Notes under the pieces: generated by a model | Databases searched by the model: none | The model's input: only the letters and a program-made list of their open reading frames with translations | Told to the model about the DNA's origin: nothing | Origin: Dehalococcoidia bacterium | GTDB lineage: Bacteria > Chloroflexota > Dehalococcoidia > Bin125 | DNA: 64,000 bases | NCBI GenBank assembly: GCA_963663235.2 | Contig: CAXXNO010000008.1 | Coordinates: 160,001 to 224,000, forward strand | Direction of reading: 5' to 3' | Translations under genes and position numbers: made by a program | Shown: positions 19,859 to 31,219 of the stretch, piece after piece | Numbering within the stretch: position 1 is the stretch's first letter | How the letters are laid out: the number at the start of each line of letters is the position of its first letter

Positions 19859-20264
19859 TTACCCGGCCGCGCCGGCCTCGGTTGCGAGTAAGCGGGCGGC
19901 GGGGCTAAACGCGGCGTGCGCGGCGGCCGCCTTGGCCGCGTCGTAGGTCGCCGAGTAGCGGCGCACCATGGCCGAGGTCGAGTGCCCGAGGAGGTATTGC
20001 ACGTCCAGCTCCCGGGCGTGGTTCCCGATCGCCCAGGTGGCGAAGGTGTGGCGGAAACGGTGGGGATTGGCGTGGACGCCGGCCCGGACCCCCAGGCGCT
20101 GGAAGAGCGTCCCCAAGAGGGACGGGTTCATCGGACGCCGCGGCTGCGTCCGCCGCGGGATGGTGAGGAACAGGGCTCCGGGGACCGCGCCGCGGAAGCG
20201 GTCGACGTAGTCCCGCAAGGCGCCGGCGGGCCCGGCGCCTTGCGGGACTACGCGCTGTTTGCGC
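19859..20264 (-). pseudogene. C-terminal fragment of a third tyrosine integrase (int3)
   Basis: RKQRVV...HANPHRFRHTFATW...LGHSTSAMVRRY, nearly identical to int1; 5' part removed at an IS end. Confidence 0.9.
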
Positions 20265-21379
20265 TGTGGCGGCCCAAAACCCTGTCCGGCGTCAGGGCGG
20301 CCCATCGGTAGACGTGATGCAAGCCGCCGAGGATAGGCTCGCCCACGACTCGCGTCCCAGGCCCGCCGCTTCCCCGGTCGCCGGCAGGGGGCGCTTGGTC
20401 GAGAGCTTGGTGCGGACGCGCCGCGTTGTAGAAGGCCACGTACTCGCGTAAGAGCCGACGGAGATGCCGCTCGTTGAGCACGATCACGTGGTCGAGGCAC
20501 TCGCGGCGCAGCGTGCCGACGACGCGCTCGGCGATGGCATTCGCCTGGGGCGCGCGGAACGGGGTGCGGATCGTTTCGATCCCGATGCCCCGGGCACGCG
20601 GGACGAAATCGCCACCGAACTTGGCATCGCGATCGCGGATTAGATAGTGCGGGTGCTGACCCCACGGGGTGGCTTCGCGGATCTGCTGCCAAACCCAAGC
20701 GGCCGTGGGGTGCCGCGTGACGTTCCAATACACGAGGGCGCGGCGGGCATGCGTGATCACGAAGAAGACGTGGAGCGTGCGGAACGTCAGCGTCTGCACG
20801 GTGAAGAAGTCGCAGGCCCAGATCTCGGCCGCGTGGAGCCGGAGGAAGGTGCGCCAGCTCGGCGAGGGCGCGGGTCGAGAGCCGTAGCGCTGGATCGTGG
20901 TGCGGCTCACGGAGAGCCCCAGCTGATGGAGTTCGCCCTGGATCCGTCGCGTTCCCCAGGTCGGGTTCTCGTGTCGCAGCCGCCGGATCAAGGCGATCAC
21001 CGCCGGGTCGACGCGCGGGCGGCCCAGTCGGCGCACCCGACTCGTCCGACGCCAGTGGATCCGCCACACGGTCCGATGCCAGCGCACCACGGTGTCCGGC
21101 TGGACCAGGACGAGATGCCGCCGCCATGGGTGCCAGCCCCGGGCGAGGCGCGACCAGAAGCGCCGGTCCGAGCGTCGGCCGGCGGCCGCGGCGCTCGAAA
21201 ACCGCCAGTTGCTGCCGCAGGGCGAGGTTCTCCAGCACGAGATCCCGGCGATCGCGGCGGAGCAGCCGGAGCCCCAGGAGGAACAGGCGAAAGTAGAGCC
21301 ACATGACCGATCTCCTCGGTCGGGAGGCTCAGCCTCACAGGGCCCTCGGGCAAGACGGACGGAGTTTTGGGCCAGTACA
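20265..21379 (-). mobile_element. TGT...ACA rve IS, copy c (inverted near-identical copy of b)
   Basis: Same IRs and same internal frameshift as 16922-18035. Confidence 0.9.
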
Positions 21380-21495
21380 GGGGTTTTGGCACCCTCCAGC
21401 CGGGCGGAGTAAGCTTCGGGGGCGGAGATGGCCTTACGGGTCGCGGGCTTCGTCTCCGACCGATCTCCGAAGGACTCGCTACGAGGGAGAATCTT

Positions 21496-22266
21496 ATGGG
21501 TCTGGGCGACGAGGTTCTGTTTGACGTCAGTGACGGCGTGGCAGTCATCACACTGAACCGGCCTGAAAAGTTGAATGCGTTCAACGACACGATGCTCGAC
21601 GGCATGGATGCCGCATTCGACCGGATCGACCGTGATCGCAGCATTGGGGCGGCGGTGATAACCGGTAGTGGGAATCGCGCGTTCACGGCGGGCATCGACA
21701 TGAATATGTTCACGGGCGGTCCCGGAGCGGCGCGGGCCTTCCTCGTGCGCCAGCTGACATCGCTCTATGACCGGGCCGTTCGGCTACGTGTGCCGATCAT
21801 CGCTGCAATTGAGGGGCATGCACCGGCAACGGGGTCCGAGTTCACGATGTGCTGCAATTTGGCGTACGCGGGGCAGGGGGCAACTTTTCGCTTCGCGGAC
21901 TTGGATATCGGACTGGCGTCGGCCGCGGGCATGTGGCGGGTGAGCGAGAAGCTCAGCCGGATGCGGTTCACCGAGCTCACGCTGACAAGCCGCCCGTTCA
22001 GCGCTCAGGAAGCGTACGAAATTGGTTTGCTGACTCGCGTTGTGCCGGACGGTGAAGCGCTCGCCACAAGCGTGGACGTTGCAAAGACGATCGCGGCCAA
22101 GCCCATGCTCGCACTGGAGGTAACAAAAAAGGCGCTCGACCACGGCTACGCTGATGATTGGCTCGCTTTCCTGGAGCTGCAGGAGACGACGCTCCGCTCC
22201 CATGATTTCGAGGAAGGGGTAGCGGCCTTCTTAGAAAAGCGGGTACCTTACTTCCGCGGCCGATAG
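21496..22266 (+). CDS. Enoyl-CoA hydratase/isomerase family protein
   Basis: VAVITLNRPEKLNA, AFTAGID and DFEEGVAAFLEKR motifs. Confidence 0.88.
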   Translation: MGLGDEVLFDVSDGVAVITLNRPEKLNAFNDTMLDGMDAAFDRIDRDRSIGAAVITGSGNRAFTAGIDMNMFTGGPGAARAFLVRQLTSLYDRAVRLRVPIIAAIEGHAPATGSEFTMCCNLAYAGQGATFRFADLDIGLASAAGMWRVSEKLSRMRFTELTLTSRPFSAQEAYEIGLLTRVVPDGEALATSVDVAKTIAAKPMLALEVTKKALDHGYADDWLAFLELQETTLRSHDFEEGVAAFLEKRVPYFRGR

Positions 22267-22351
22267 TCCAATGCGGCGAGGCGCTGGTCGACTCCAAAGC
22301 GTGTGTAGATCGCCAGCTGCTGGCGCAAGGCGAGGTTCTCGTGGACGAGGT

Positions 22352-22702
22352 CGCGCCGGGCCGGAGCAGTCCCTTGACGATCACCCCCGTCGCCGCCGAA
22401 AAGCCGCTCTCCATGACCTCCCGCCGCACGTCCGCCGTGCCCCGGTAGTTATCGGTCGTGGTGATGTAGTCGGCGGTCTTTACCACGTCGGCGCAGCTGC
22501 CACCCGCCGCTGCCAGGATCTGCTCCATCTCCCTGAGGATCTGCCGCGTCTGCGACACGATGTCCAGCCCGACCACGTTCCTATCCTCGTCGGTGCCGGT
22601 CATCCCAGAGATGAACCGCAGGTTCCCCTTCCGCACCGCGGGAGAGAACGTGTAACGCTCGCGCCACTGCCAGCCAGGGTTCACGACATCAGATGTGGCC
22701 AT
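22352..22702 (-). pseudogene. RidA family gene, 3'-truncated and joined to an rve transposase N-terminal fragment
   Basis: FSPAVRKGN..FISG...AATGVIVKGLLRPGA, then out-of-frame RRDLVHENLALRQQLAI (~22300-22360). Confidence 0.75.
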
Positions 22703-22880
22703 CCTGCTCTGCTTAGTGTTTAGGCAGATCCTCCGCCAGGCCCGGTGTGCTGGTGGGTCATATAGCTACGGCAGACTGTGGGGAGGATCACCATCGACGG
22801 CCAGCGTTTTACGCTAATGCGCCCCTCAGCCTCGCGATCGCGTCCATCGATAGCCCGCAGCCCGCCGGGGGCGGAGGTCG

Positions 22881-24092
22881 CTAGCCCAGTACCCCGTTCT
22901 CTGCCAGGTCGGCCAGTTCGTCGTCGCTAAGGCCCAGTCCGGACAACACCTCGTGGGTATGCTCACCCGGCGAGGGGGCAGGACCCCGCACCGCCACGTC
23001 CGCACCCCCGATGTGAAACGGCGCTGCTAGCGTCTCGAACCGCCCCGCGACGGGGTGCACAACCGGCGCGAACGCCTTCTGGGACCGCAACTGCGGGTCG
23101 CGGATGACCTCGGGCAGCTCAGCGACCGGGGCCCAGATCATGCCGGCGGCATCCAGCCGTTCGGCCCACGTCGCCACGTCCGCCGCCGCGAAAACGGTAT
23201 TGATCTCCCGCGTCAGTTCCCGGCTCCGCTCGCGCCGCCCTTCCAGCGTGGCGTAGCGAGGGTCGGTGGCCCACCCTGAGCGACCGAGCATCTGGCAGAA
23301 GCGCGGCCAGTAGCGGTCCGGCTGCGGCATCACGAGCATGACCCACCTGCCGTCCGCGCACCGGTAGGAGTTCCAGAGCGGGTTGATGGGCTGCGTGCGG
23401 TCATGGCGGAGCGGCTGCTGCCCGGCGACCAGCGCGGCGGCGAGGTCGGTGCCGAGGGTCCATGCGCCCGTGCCGAGCAGCGACACTTCTACCAGCTGGC
23501 CCTCGCCCGTCTGGTCACGCAAGCGCAGGGCCACCATGACCGCCGCCAGCAGGTTGAGCGTCGCCGTGTGGTCGCCATGGCCCCCGCGGCAGGGCGGTGG
23601 GGGCGAGGACGGCTCTCCCAATAGCGCCATGCTGCCGGCGCGGGCCCAGAACGCCGCGATGTCGAAACCGGGGCGGTCGGCGTCCGGTCCCTCACTGCCG
23701 TAGCCGGTGACGGACGCGTAGACGAGGCGCGGATTCGCCGCGTGAAGGGCAGCGGGCATGAGGCCGTAACGCTTCCGCCGAGACCCGAACAGGTTGGTGA
23801 GGAGGATATCGGCCGATTCGCAGAGCCGCCGCACCACTTCCGGGCCGCCGGGCCGATCGAGCGCGACAGTGACGGACCGCTTGCCCCGGTTATCCAGTTC
23901 AAAGGCGTAGTTGATCTCGAACTCGTGATCGAAGCCGAGGAGGCCCAGCGCGAAGTGGCGGTACGGATCACCTTCCGGTGGTTCGACCTTGATCACATCG
24001 GCGCCGAGGTCAGCCATGAGCGCGCCAGCACCAGGCGCCGCCAGCCAACTTGCCACCTCCACAACCCGAATGCCGTCCAGCGGAGCGACCAC
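22881..24092 (-). CDS. Class III CoA-transferase
   Basis: PLDGIRVVE, GADVIKVEP, DNRGKRSV and GEHT motifs. Confidence 0.9.
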   Translation of the reverse strand: MVAPLDGIRVVEVASWLAAPGAGALMADLGADVIKVEPPEGDPYRHFALGLLGFDHEFEINYAFELDNRGKRSVTVALDRPGGPEVVRRLCESADILLTNLFGSRRKRYGLMPAALHAANPRLVYASVTGYGSEGPDADRPGFDIAAFWARAGSMALLGEPSSPPPPCRGGHGDHTATLNLLAAVMVALRLRDQTGEGQLVEVSLLGTGAWTLGTDLAAALVAGQQPLRHDRTQPINPLWNSYRCADGRWVMLVMPQPDRYWPRFCQMLGRSGWATDPRYATLEGRRERSRELTREINTVFAAADVATWAERLDAAGMIWAPVAELPEVIRDPQLRSQKAFAPVVHPVAGRFETLAAPFHIGGADVAVRGPAPSPGEHTHEVLSGLGLSDDELADLAENGVLG

Positions 24093-24504
24093 AGCCCCCT
24101 CCTTTTCTCTCCCAGAACGATGGGAACCGCGCGGGCGGCCCGCAATCGGTCGTGGCAATCCGTCGGTTGCAATGCTGAGAGCGACCACGCGTCTTATGCT
24201 TGTGTTTCCGCCGCGTGGGTGTCCGCGGTCGTGTCGCAGCAGCGCCGATACTCGGGAAAGCGGGCGCACACCTCGTTCAGATAGGCGCTGTTGTCCAATA
24301 CTTGGTGCCTGAATGTCCCCTTCCGTCCTCGGCCACTGTCTCCAGAACCGCGAAGTCCGCCGCTTTCGCTGGGCGGATTCTAGAATCGCCGCGGCGAAGC
24401 AGGTGACCAACTCTCCCGCCAAGCATTCTTCTGCCGTCCACAGTTAGCGCTCCAGCCCTTCTGATCGGTTCCCAGCGGCCGTGTAGGCGAGCACGGGGCG
24501 CGAC

Positions 24505-25335
24505 TTACGCCAGGACTTTCTTTGAGGCCCGGTTGAGAAAGTCGATCACCGCCGCGATCGTCTGCTCCGGGCACTCGACCAGATCGGCGTGGCCAATCTC
24601 TTCGTAAACCTTGACCTCGCAGTCCGGGACGTGCTCGACCACCCACATGGCGCCCGCGCCCGACGGCGCCGCCTCCATGGGAGTGAGCATGTCCTTGGCG
24701 GCCGTGATGACGAGCGTTGGGCTCTTGATCTGACCGCAATCTTCGCGCAGGTCCATCTTCTCAATGGCTAGGATGGCCTGGACGACCGTTTCTACGGCGT
24801 TCGTGCCGACGATCTCGCGCACCGTCTCGATCAGGGCCGGCCCGTTTGGACCCTCAAGGTAGTCGGCCCCCACCGCCTGCGTGAGCACATGATCCGCAAG
24901 CTGCGGGCTGCAGCCCCAGGTTTGTACCATGTGTCGCCAGGTGCGGGCCATCATCCTGCGCATCAGGTCGCATTTGGCAAACGCGCAGTCGCTGACCACG
25001 CCGATGCACTTCTGTGGGTACTTGGCGGCGAACTTGAGTGCGATCATGCCACCGGCCGACGTCCCCATGACGTGAGCACGGTCGATATCCAACGCCTCCA
25101 GCAATGCGGCGAGGTCATCGGCCCAGAGGTCGAGCGAATAGGGCTGAAGTGGACGGTCGCTCAGGCCGTAGCCACGCTGGTCGTAGCTGATCAGCTGGAA
25201 GTGCTTGGCGAGCCCCTCCCACACCATGGCGAAGTTCTGCCGACCGAACAGGGACCCGCCGATCAGCGCCAGCGGCTCACCGGCTCCCATGAGCTCATAG
25301 TAGATATTGATTCCGTTCGCCGACACTTTCGGCAT
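24505..25335 (-). CDS. Alpha/beta-fold hydrolase
   Basis: YDQRGYGLS, nucleophile elbow GTSAGG and C-terminal GH. Confidence 0.88.
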   Translation of the reverse strand: MPKVSANGINIYYELMGAGEPLALIGGSLFGRQNFAMVWEGLAKHFQLISYDQRGYGLSDRPLQPYSLDLWADDLAALLEALDIDRAHVMGTSAGGMIALKFAAKYPQKCIGVVSDCAFAKCDLMRRMMARTWRHMVQTWGCSPQLADHVLTQAVGADYLEGPNGPALIETVREIVGTNAVETVVQAILAIEKMDLREDCGQIKSPTLVITAAKDMLTPMEAAPSGAGAMWVVEHVPDCEVKVYEEIGHADLVECPEQTIAAVIDFLNRASKKVLA

Positions 25336-25459
25336 AGCTACTTCTCCTTCCTGGCTTCGATCCTTCGAAGGTAGCGGTCAGCGGAGCGTCGCCGCGCGTC
25401 CTTCGCTCCGCGCAGGATATTCCGGCCTCACCAGCCGCCGAGAGGCGTGACCTCTCTCC

Positions 25460-25560
25460 CGAAGGTCGAGGGCCACTTCCATACCGCCGCCCAGCGCAAA
25501 TCCTCCCACGGCCGCGATTACGCTACGCTCGCTCCGCTCCAGGCGTCGCATCAACCCTGA
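25460..25560 (-). pseudogene. Enoyl-CoA hydratase internal fragment
   Basis: VIAAVGGFALGGGMEVAL motif; coordinates approximate. Confidence 0.65.
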
Positions 25561-25594
25561 ACGAACGGATGAACACCACGCGGCTGCAACGATC

Positions 25595-25863
25595 AAGGAC
25601 CACCGCGCCTCAAACAGCGCTACTGCCCCATGCGGGGCTTCGGACGCTTTGCGCCTGCTGCCCGTTTCTGCGCCGCGTTCGAAGAGCTCCCGACAGTACT
25701 TTTGCGGCGGCAGCCGAGGAGGTGCGTACCGCCCGCTCGCGGAGCAGCGGCGGCCTCTTTTCCATCCGCTGGTGCTCCTTGCCACGAAGATGGCCGACTC
25801 ATAAACGCAACCGGCGGCCAGTGCCGTCGGCTGCGCCTCAACGCCTTGAGATCTGACACAGCC
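25595..25863 (+). mobile_element. IS6-family 3' remnant
   Basis: KQRYCPMRGFGRF..AARFCAAFEEL; IR GAGATCTGACACAGCC. Confidence 0.8.
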
Positions 25864-26134
25864 GGCTGATTGGGCAGATCGGATCAGGTGCCGGACTCCG
25901 AGGCCAATTCTTTCACGCCGGGCCCATGTCCAATCATTTCATGCTCGGCTACAGGTCGCACGCAGGCACCTTCCCGCGCCAGGGTCCGTAACATCGGCGG
26001 TAGCACCATTACCACCCGTCGACATCTATCAAATTCTCCCACAGCCACGCGCTCCGAGCCGTCGTACCCACCACACCCCCTCGGGCACAGGAGCGCCGTG
26101 CGCAAGTGCGCCGCAGCGCAACAATCCTCCAGCG

Positions 26135-27943
26135 CTACGCAAGGCGCATACGGCCATAATCCAGGACGTTGTCGCTCCGGTGCGTGTAGCCCGTGACGTT
26201 GCTACGCAGGATCCATGCCGGCTGCAAGGTGTTGATATAGAAGTACGGGGAGTCTTCCGCTAACCACTGCTGCGCCTCATCCCAGGCCGTTAGCGCCTCA
26301 GGTGAATCGTCGTCGCCGACAGCGATACCTCTCTGCACCGCATCCCAGTACTTCTCGAAGTTGTCGGCAGCAGGGTCGTGACCGTATCCCGGCCAATTGC
26401 CCGGCGAAAACGGCGTGGTGGAGAAGGTCAGAATGTAGGGCACCGTCTGGTAGATCGCAAAGTCGCGGACAACGTGGGGGATCGTCCCTCCAGCCGTACT
26501 ATGTGCTTCATTGAGAGCGGCCGAGGTCAATCCGACCAGATTCAGTGTTATGCCGGCATCGGCGGCAGAGTCGCGCATGAGTATCGCAACCTGCTCCTGG
26601 TCCGGCGTTGTCAAGCTGAATCCAAAATCAAATGAGAACCCGTCGGAGAACCCAGCCTCAGCAAGGAGATCTCGCGCTTTCTGGATGTCCAGCTGATATC
26701 CGCCGTAATGTTTCTCGCCCGCGTAGCCCGGAACTACAGGGGAGATGACGCCGAAGGCCCGCGATCCCCGACCCCGGTAGACCGTGTTGATGATCTCTTC
26801 GTACGGAATGGTGTGGAGGAATGCCTGTCGGGCCCTCAAGTCGTCGAGTTCCGGTACGTCTGCACTCTTTAGTGGCCCCATGACCATCAGGTTCGTCTGC
26901 AGCGCCGGGACCTGCAACCCTTCTTCGCCCTCAGCCACTTCTTGCTCCCGCGCGAGCATCTGCTTTGCGATGTGCACATCGCCCTGTTGCACGAATGAGA
27001 GCCGTGTGGAGGACTCTGGTGCCAGCCTCCAGATCATTCGGTCGAAGTTTGGTGGGCCATGTACGTAGTTCGGGTTGGTCTTCCAGACCGCTTCATCGCC
27101 CGCGGTGAAACTCTCAAGCGAAAAGGCACCGAACCCGTGACTCTCTTGCGAGGCGAACTTCAGCGCCCACGGATCCTCCTCTGTCGCGTTCGCCTGCAGA
27201 AGCTTGCTGTCAACTATTGTCCCCCCATGCGCGTTCGCGATGCTATGGAGGAACGTCTCAAACGGGAACTCCAGGGTGAACTTGACATGGTCGTCGTCGA
27301 CTCTCTGGACCCGATTGGGATCGAGATCCGGCATCGCCAGCGACACAACCATGATGAACGCGCCGATGGCGCCCACGCCGACTCTCCGCCGGAAGGTGTA
27401 CACCACGTCATCAACCGTAAACTCGTTACCCGCTGGGCTGATGACGCCCCGCTTGATTTTGAATGTGTATTCCAAGCCGTCATCGCTCACGGTGGGGAAC
27501 GATTCTGCGAGTTCCGGCTCGAAGCTGTCCGGTGTGCCCGAAAGGTCCTGTCGGTCCCAGCCCGACCCCAACGGATCCGGGATGTACTTTTGGCGGATCA
27601 ACCGTGCGCCCTGGTTGACCTGCGCTTCCTGCGTCTCGTGCTCTGCTGAGAACTCCTGGTCCAGGGTGACCATTAGAGTGGCTTGGGCGACTACGAGGTC
27701 CCTTTCCTCGTCGACCTCCGTAGGCTCAGCGGCCGGCGCGGCTTCTTGCGCGGGGGCCGCCTCGGCAGCAGTCGGTTGCTCCTCGTCGTCGTCACCGCAT
27801 CCAACGATGGTCAGGCCCAGAAGGCCCGTGGCCGACGCTCCGCCCGCCTCCAACAGGTGCCGCCGCGATATCCGCTGCTTCGCTAGGGACCAGCGCGATG
27901 GGAGAGAGACTCGATCCTCGTTGCCTGGTGGTTCGTCTGTCAT
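26135..27943 (-). CDS. Peptide/nickel-type ABC substrate-binding protein, Tat lipoprotein
   Basis: SRRHLL Tat motif, IVGC-GDDDEE lipobox, and PELAES...SDDGLEYTFKIK family-5 signature. Confidence 0.88.
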   Translation of the reverse strand: MTDEPPGNEDRVSLPSRWSLAKQRISRRHLLEAGGASATGLLGLTIVGCGDDDEEQPTAAEAAPAQEAAPAAEPTEVDEERDLVVAQATLMVTLDQEFSAEHETQEAQVNQGARLIRQKYIPDPLGSGWDRQDLSGTPDSFEPELAESFPTVSDDGLEYTFKIKRGVISPAGNEFTVDDVVYTFRRRVGVGAIGAFIMVVSLAMPDLDPNRVQRVDDDHVKFTLEFPFETFLHSIANAHGGTIVDSKLLQANATEEDPWALKFASQESHGFGAFSLESFTAGDEAVWKTNPNYVHGPPNFDRMIWRLAPESSTRLSFVQQGDVHIAKQMLAREQEVAEGEEGLQVPALQTNLMVMGPLKSADVPELDDLRARQAFLHTIPYEEIINTVYRGRGSRAFGVISPVVPGYAGEKHYGGYQLDIQKARDLLAEAGFSDGFSFDFGFSLTTPDQEQVAILMRDSAADAGITLNLVGLTSAALNEAHSTAGGTIPHVVRDFAIYQTVPYILTFSTTPFSPGNWPGYGHDPAADNFEKYWDAVQRGIAVGDDDSPEALTAWDEAQQWLAEDSPYFYINTLQPAWILRSNVTGYTHRSDNVLDYGRMRLA

Positions 27944-28241
27944 GATGGTCCGCACTCCTCCCACGGGGAATCCTAGCAGGATTGTCAAGGGCGCCGGGTG
28001 ATGGGAAGGCTCGCGTCTAGGCGGATCAGCCTGAGCTTGTCCGTCGCCGAGCAGACGCGTCTGAGGTTCGGCAAGCGTGGTTGCGCGAGCGTCGGGCCTT
28101 CGAGCATCGGCGAGCGTCCGACCTGAGAGCAACCGGCTGGCAACGTCCCCCGTACCGGACGAAGCGCCGGGAGCTTGATCAGGCGCGGCAGGGCACCAAA
28201 GTTGCTCAGGGGCATCCGGATAAGGCGGAGGAAGAGGATTG

Positions 28242-28730
28242 TCACAACTGTGGCGTTCTTCGCCCCTGATGGCAGTCTGTCCGAGGCACCTTCTGGCGCT
28301 CAAGGCGGGGCGTGTGCTCCTGGCGGGGAAGCGTGCGATCGCGTCGACTCGGCAGGAACGGTCCGTTGATCCGACGGTAAAGCAGTTGGATCAGCCCCGT
28401 CGAGCCGCCTACCGGAGGGAGGCAGCGATTGGCGGCCTTCGCAGGATCGCACAGTTTCCGCAGGGCCCGACGCTCCGTCTGTCGGATCTGCTCGCGCCTC
28501 ACGCCGAGTCCCGCCGCGACCTCCTCGCGCTTTCGCGGCCACGTCGTGGAAGCCAAAGCCATCTCACGAACCCTGCGCTGGCCGGGCGACAGCAACGCGA
28601 GGCGCTCGTCGACTTCCTGGCGCAGCGCCGCGGCCGCCGCTTTGGGGAACGGCAGCACCGACGTGTGATCGGCGACCCGCTCCGCCAGCGCCGTCCGCTG
28701 CTCCTCGGATGGGGTGTTGGCACCTGACAC
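28242..28730 (-). pseudogene. Decayed sigma-70 region 4-like HTH gene
   Basis: LS..QRRV...EEVA..LGVRREQIRQTERRALRKL resembles the VTRERIRQIE..AL.KL motif. Confidence 0.6.
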
Positions 28731-28979
28731 CTACCTCTTGGTCGCGATACGCCCGAGCTCTTACCCGCGGACTCACGCCCAGAATTGTGGTCTCCTCTCC
28801 GGGTACCTATACTGTCGGCGCCCCCGGTCGCTCCCGGTACCGTCATGCGGCTATGTCAGACTGCAGCGGACCACACTGGAGCCGAATCCCGGACGTGCCG
28901 GACCGCGGCCTCGGAAGCCGGTTGACCTTGGGCTGTCGGAAGATCGCCTGGTGCTGGCCGAAGTAGCGAAGGCTCCGCA

Positions 28980-30020
28980 ATGGGGTTGATCGGTTCGCGC
29001 TTCGTTCGACGCAGGCTTCTGTTCTTTATACCGCAACTCCTTCTCGTTACGGTTATCACCTTTTCGCTCATCGAGTTCTTGCCGGGCGACCCGACAGACA
29101 TCCTGGTAGGCCCGCTAGCGCTACCGGAAGACAGGCAGCGCCTGCGGGAGAGCCTTGGACTCGATGATCCCGTCGTCGACCGATATTTCCGCTACGTCGG
29201 AAACGTCGTGACAGGGGACCTTGGCTACTCCTGGTATAACTCGCAGGCTGTGACACGCATCGTCGGCGAACGGCTTCCGCGTACACTCGAGCTGATCACA
29301 ATCACTCTCCTCGTCGCTCTCATAATCATGATTCCGCTGGGCGCGCGCGCAGCAACGCTGCGGAGGACGGGCAAGGCTGCAATCGCTGACAAGGCGATCG
29401 GAAAGGTGATCCAGGTGTATGGGCTGCTTGCTGGATCCTTGGCCGATTTCTGGGTGGCGCTGATCCTCATCTTCGTCTTCTACGCGTCTCTGGGCTGGTC
29501 ACCGCTTCCGAACGGCGCGTTTGGACTGGGCGTGGACAAACCGCCGAATGTTACGGGGTTTCTCACTATCGATACGGTCATCAGCGGAAACGGCGCCGCG
29601 TTAAAGTCGTACTTGGGGCATCTGGTGCTGCCCGTCGCGACGCTGGTTTTTGTCTACGGCGGTGGGATCCTGAAAATCACGATCGCCAGTATGGCGGAGA
29701 TCAAAAACAGTCTGTACCTGGAGAATGCGCAGGCCATGGGGCTGAAGAGCAACACTCTGCGTAGCATCCAATTTCGCAACGCACTGCCTCCAGTGCTGAC
29801 CATGATTGGCATGGTGTACGGCTTCCTTCTGGGTGGCGCCGTATTGGTAGAGGCGATCTTCGGCCTCAACGGTTTCGGAAAGTTTGGTGTCGACTCGGTG
29901 CTCCAGTCGGATTTCATCGCTGCGCAGAGCTTCGTCCTCATCGCAGCCGTCTGGGTCATGTTGGTCTACCTGATCGTTGACCTGCTGCTCGCGTGGACCG
30001 ATCCGAGGCTGCGGTTGTGA
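28980..30020 (+). CDS. ABC permease (DppB/OppB-like)
   Basis: LPGDP, LGLDDP, GDLGYS, RNALPP and GGAVLVEAIF motifs. Confidence 0.9.
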   Translation: MGLIGSRFVRRRLLFFIPQLLLVTVITFSLIEFLPGDPTDILVGPLALPEDRQRLRESLGLDDPVVDRYFRYVGNVVTGDLGYSWYNSQAVTRIVGERLPRTLELITITLLVALIIMIPLGARAATLRRTGKAAIADKAIGKVIQVYGLLAGSLADFWVALILIFVFYASLGWSPLPNGAFGLGVDKPPNVTGFLTIDTVISGNGAALKSYLGHLVLPVATLVFVYGGGILKITIASMAEIKNSLYLENAQAMGLKSNTLRSIQFRNALPPVLTMIGMVYGFLLGGAVLVEAIFGLNGFGKFGVDSVLQSDFIAAQSFVLIAAVWVMLVYLIVDLLLAWTDPRLRL

Positions 30021-30973
30021 GAAGATCCAGGTTCCTCGCCGCAGTAACTCCACGGCTCGAGTTGCTGGGTGGCACTCGCCTGCTGACTGTGCGTCGACCG
30101 GGACTGCAGGCGGGGCTGATCTACGGCGGCGTGGTGATCCTCATCATCTTGACAGCGATCGGCCCGGAGCTGGGGAGCTGGCTCGAAGGCTGGGCGCCGA
30201 AAGCGTTCACCTGGGGATCAGAAGAGGTCGACTCCGGCCATGCTCTGGAGGCACCGAGCGGCCGGCATCTCTTCGGGACAGACGCGATCGGAATGGACAT
30301 CTTCATGCGTATCCTCGCAGCTCCTCGGATCAACCTGTTCATCGGCCTCACGGCGGGCGCCATCTCTGTGGCTATCGGCTTGCCGTTGGGCTTGATCGCG
30401 GGCTATGTGGGCGGACGCGGCCGGGCGGCGAGCTTCCTCAGCGAGCTGATCATGCGGGCTCAGGACGTGTTGCAGTCGTTTCCCGTGTTTGTCTTCGCCT
30501 TGGTGCTGGTGGCTGTGCGTGGCCTCTCCGTGGAAAACGTTATTATCGCCTTGACGATCGTGAATCTGCCAGCGTTCGCGCGCCTGGCGCGGGCGGAGAT
30601 GCTCTTGGTGCGCGAGCAACCCTACGCGGATGCGGCCCGGATCTTGGGTCACTCCAACGCGTGGATCATCTTCCGGCACCTGGCACCGAACTCTATCGCC
30701 TCCAGCCTGGCGACTGTCCCGATGGTTATCGGCTTCGTTATCCTTTTCACGGCGAGCCTGAGCTTCGTGGGCGCCGGCGTGCCGCCCCCCACCCCAGAGT
30801 TAGGTGGGATGATAGCCCGGGGTGCCAACAACATGGTGACAGGTGAGTGGTGGCCGTCCGTCTTCCCCGGCGTCGCGCTCGGCCTGATCGTGCTCATCTT
30901 GGCGTTCGCTGCGCAGGATATCGCGGCGCGCATGCGGAGCGTCAAGCGGCCCGCACAGGTGGCGTCACGGTAG
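29993..30973 (+). CDS. ABC permease (DppC/OppC-like)
   Basis: HLFGTDAIGMD, IIFRHLAPN and LSFVGAG..PPTPELG motifs; start uncertain. Confidence 0.88.
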   Translation: MDRSEAAVVRRSRFLAAVTPRLELLGGTRLLTVRRPGLQAGLIYGGVVILIILTAIGPELGSWLEGWAPKAFTWGSEEVDSGHALEAPSGRHLFGTDAIGMDIFMRILAAPRINLFIGLTAGAISVAIGLPLGLIAGYVGGRGRAASFLSELIMRAQDVLQSFPVFVFALVLVAVRGLSVENVIIALTIVNLPAFARLARAEMLLVREQPYADAARILGHSNAWIIFRHLAPNSIASSLATVPMVIGFVILFTASLSFVGAGVPPPTPELGGMIARGANNMVTGEWWPSVFPGVALGLIVLILAFAAQDIAARMRSVKRPAQVASR

Positions 30974-31219
30974 CCTGGGCCGAACCCGGAAGATCCAGAG
31001 GCGCTCGAGCTTCGGATCGATGGCCCAACAGGCAGCAACCCACGAACAGTGAGAAACGCGAGGCGCTGCTGGAGGAGATCTGTTGACCGCCGAAGGTCGG
31101 CAATCAGAGGCTCGGTTCACTCAATCCCAGCCGCAAGCTGGACGGCGCACGGTAGCAACGGGTTTCGTCCTTGCGGGCGGGACGTCACCGTGGCACTCCC
31201 GCCGGGAAGTATGTGGTGG

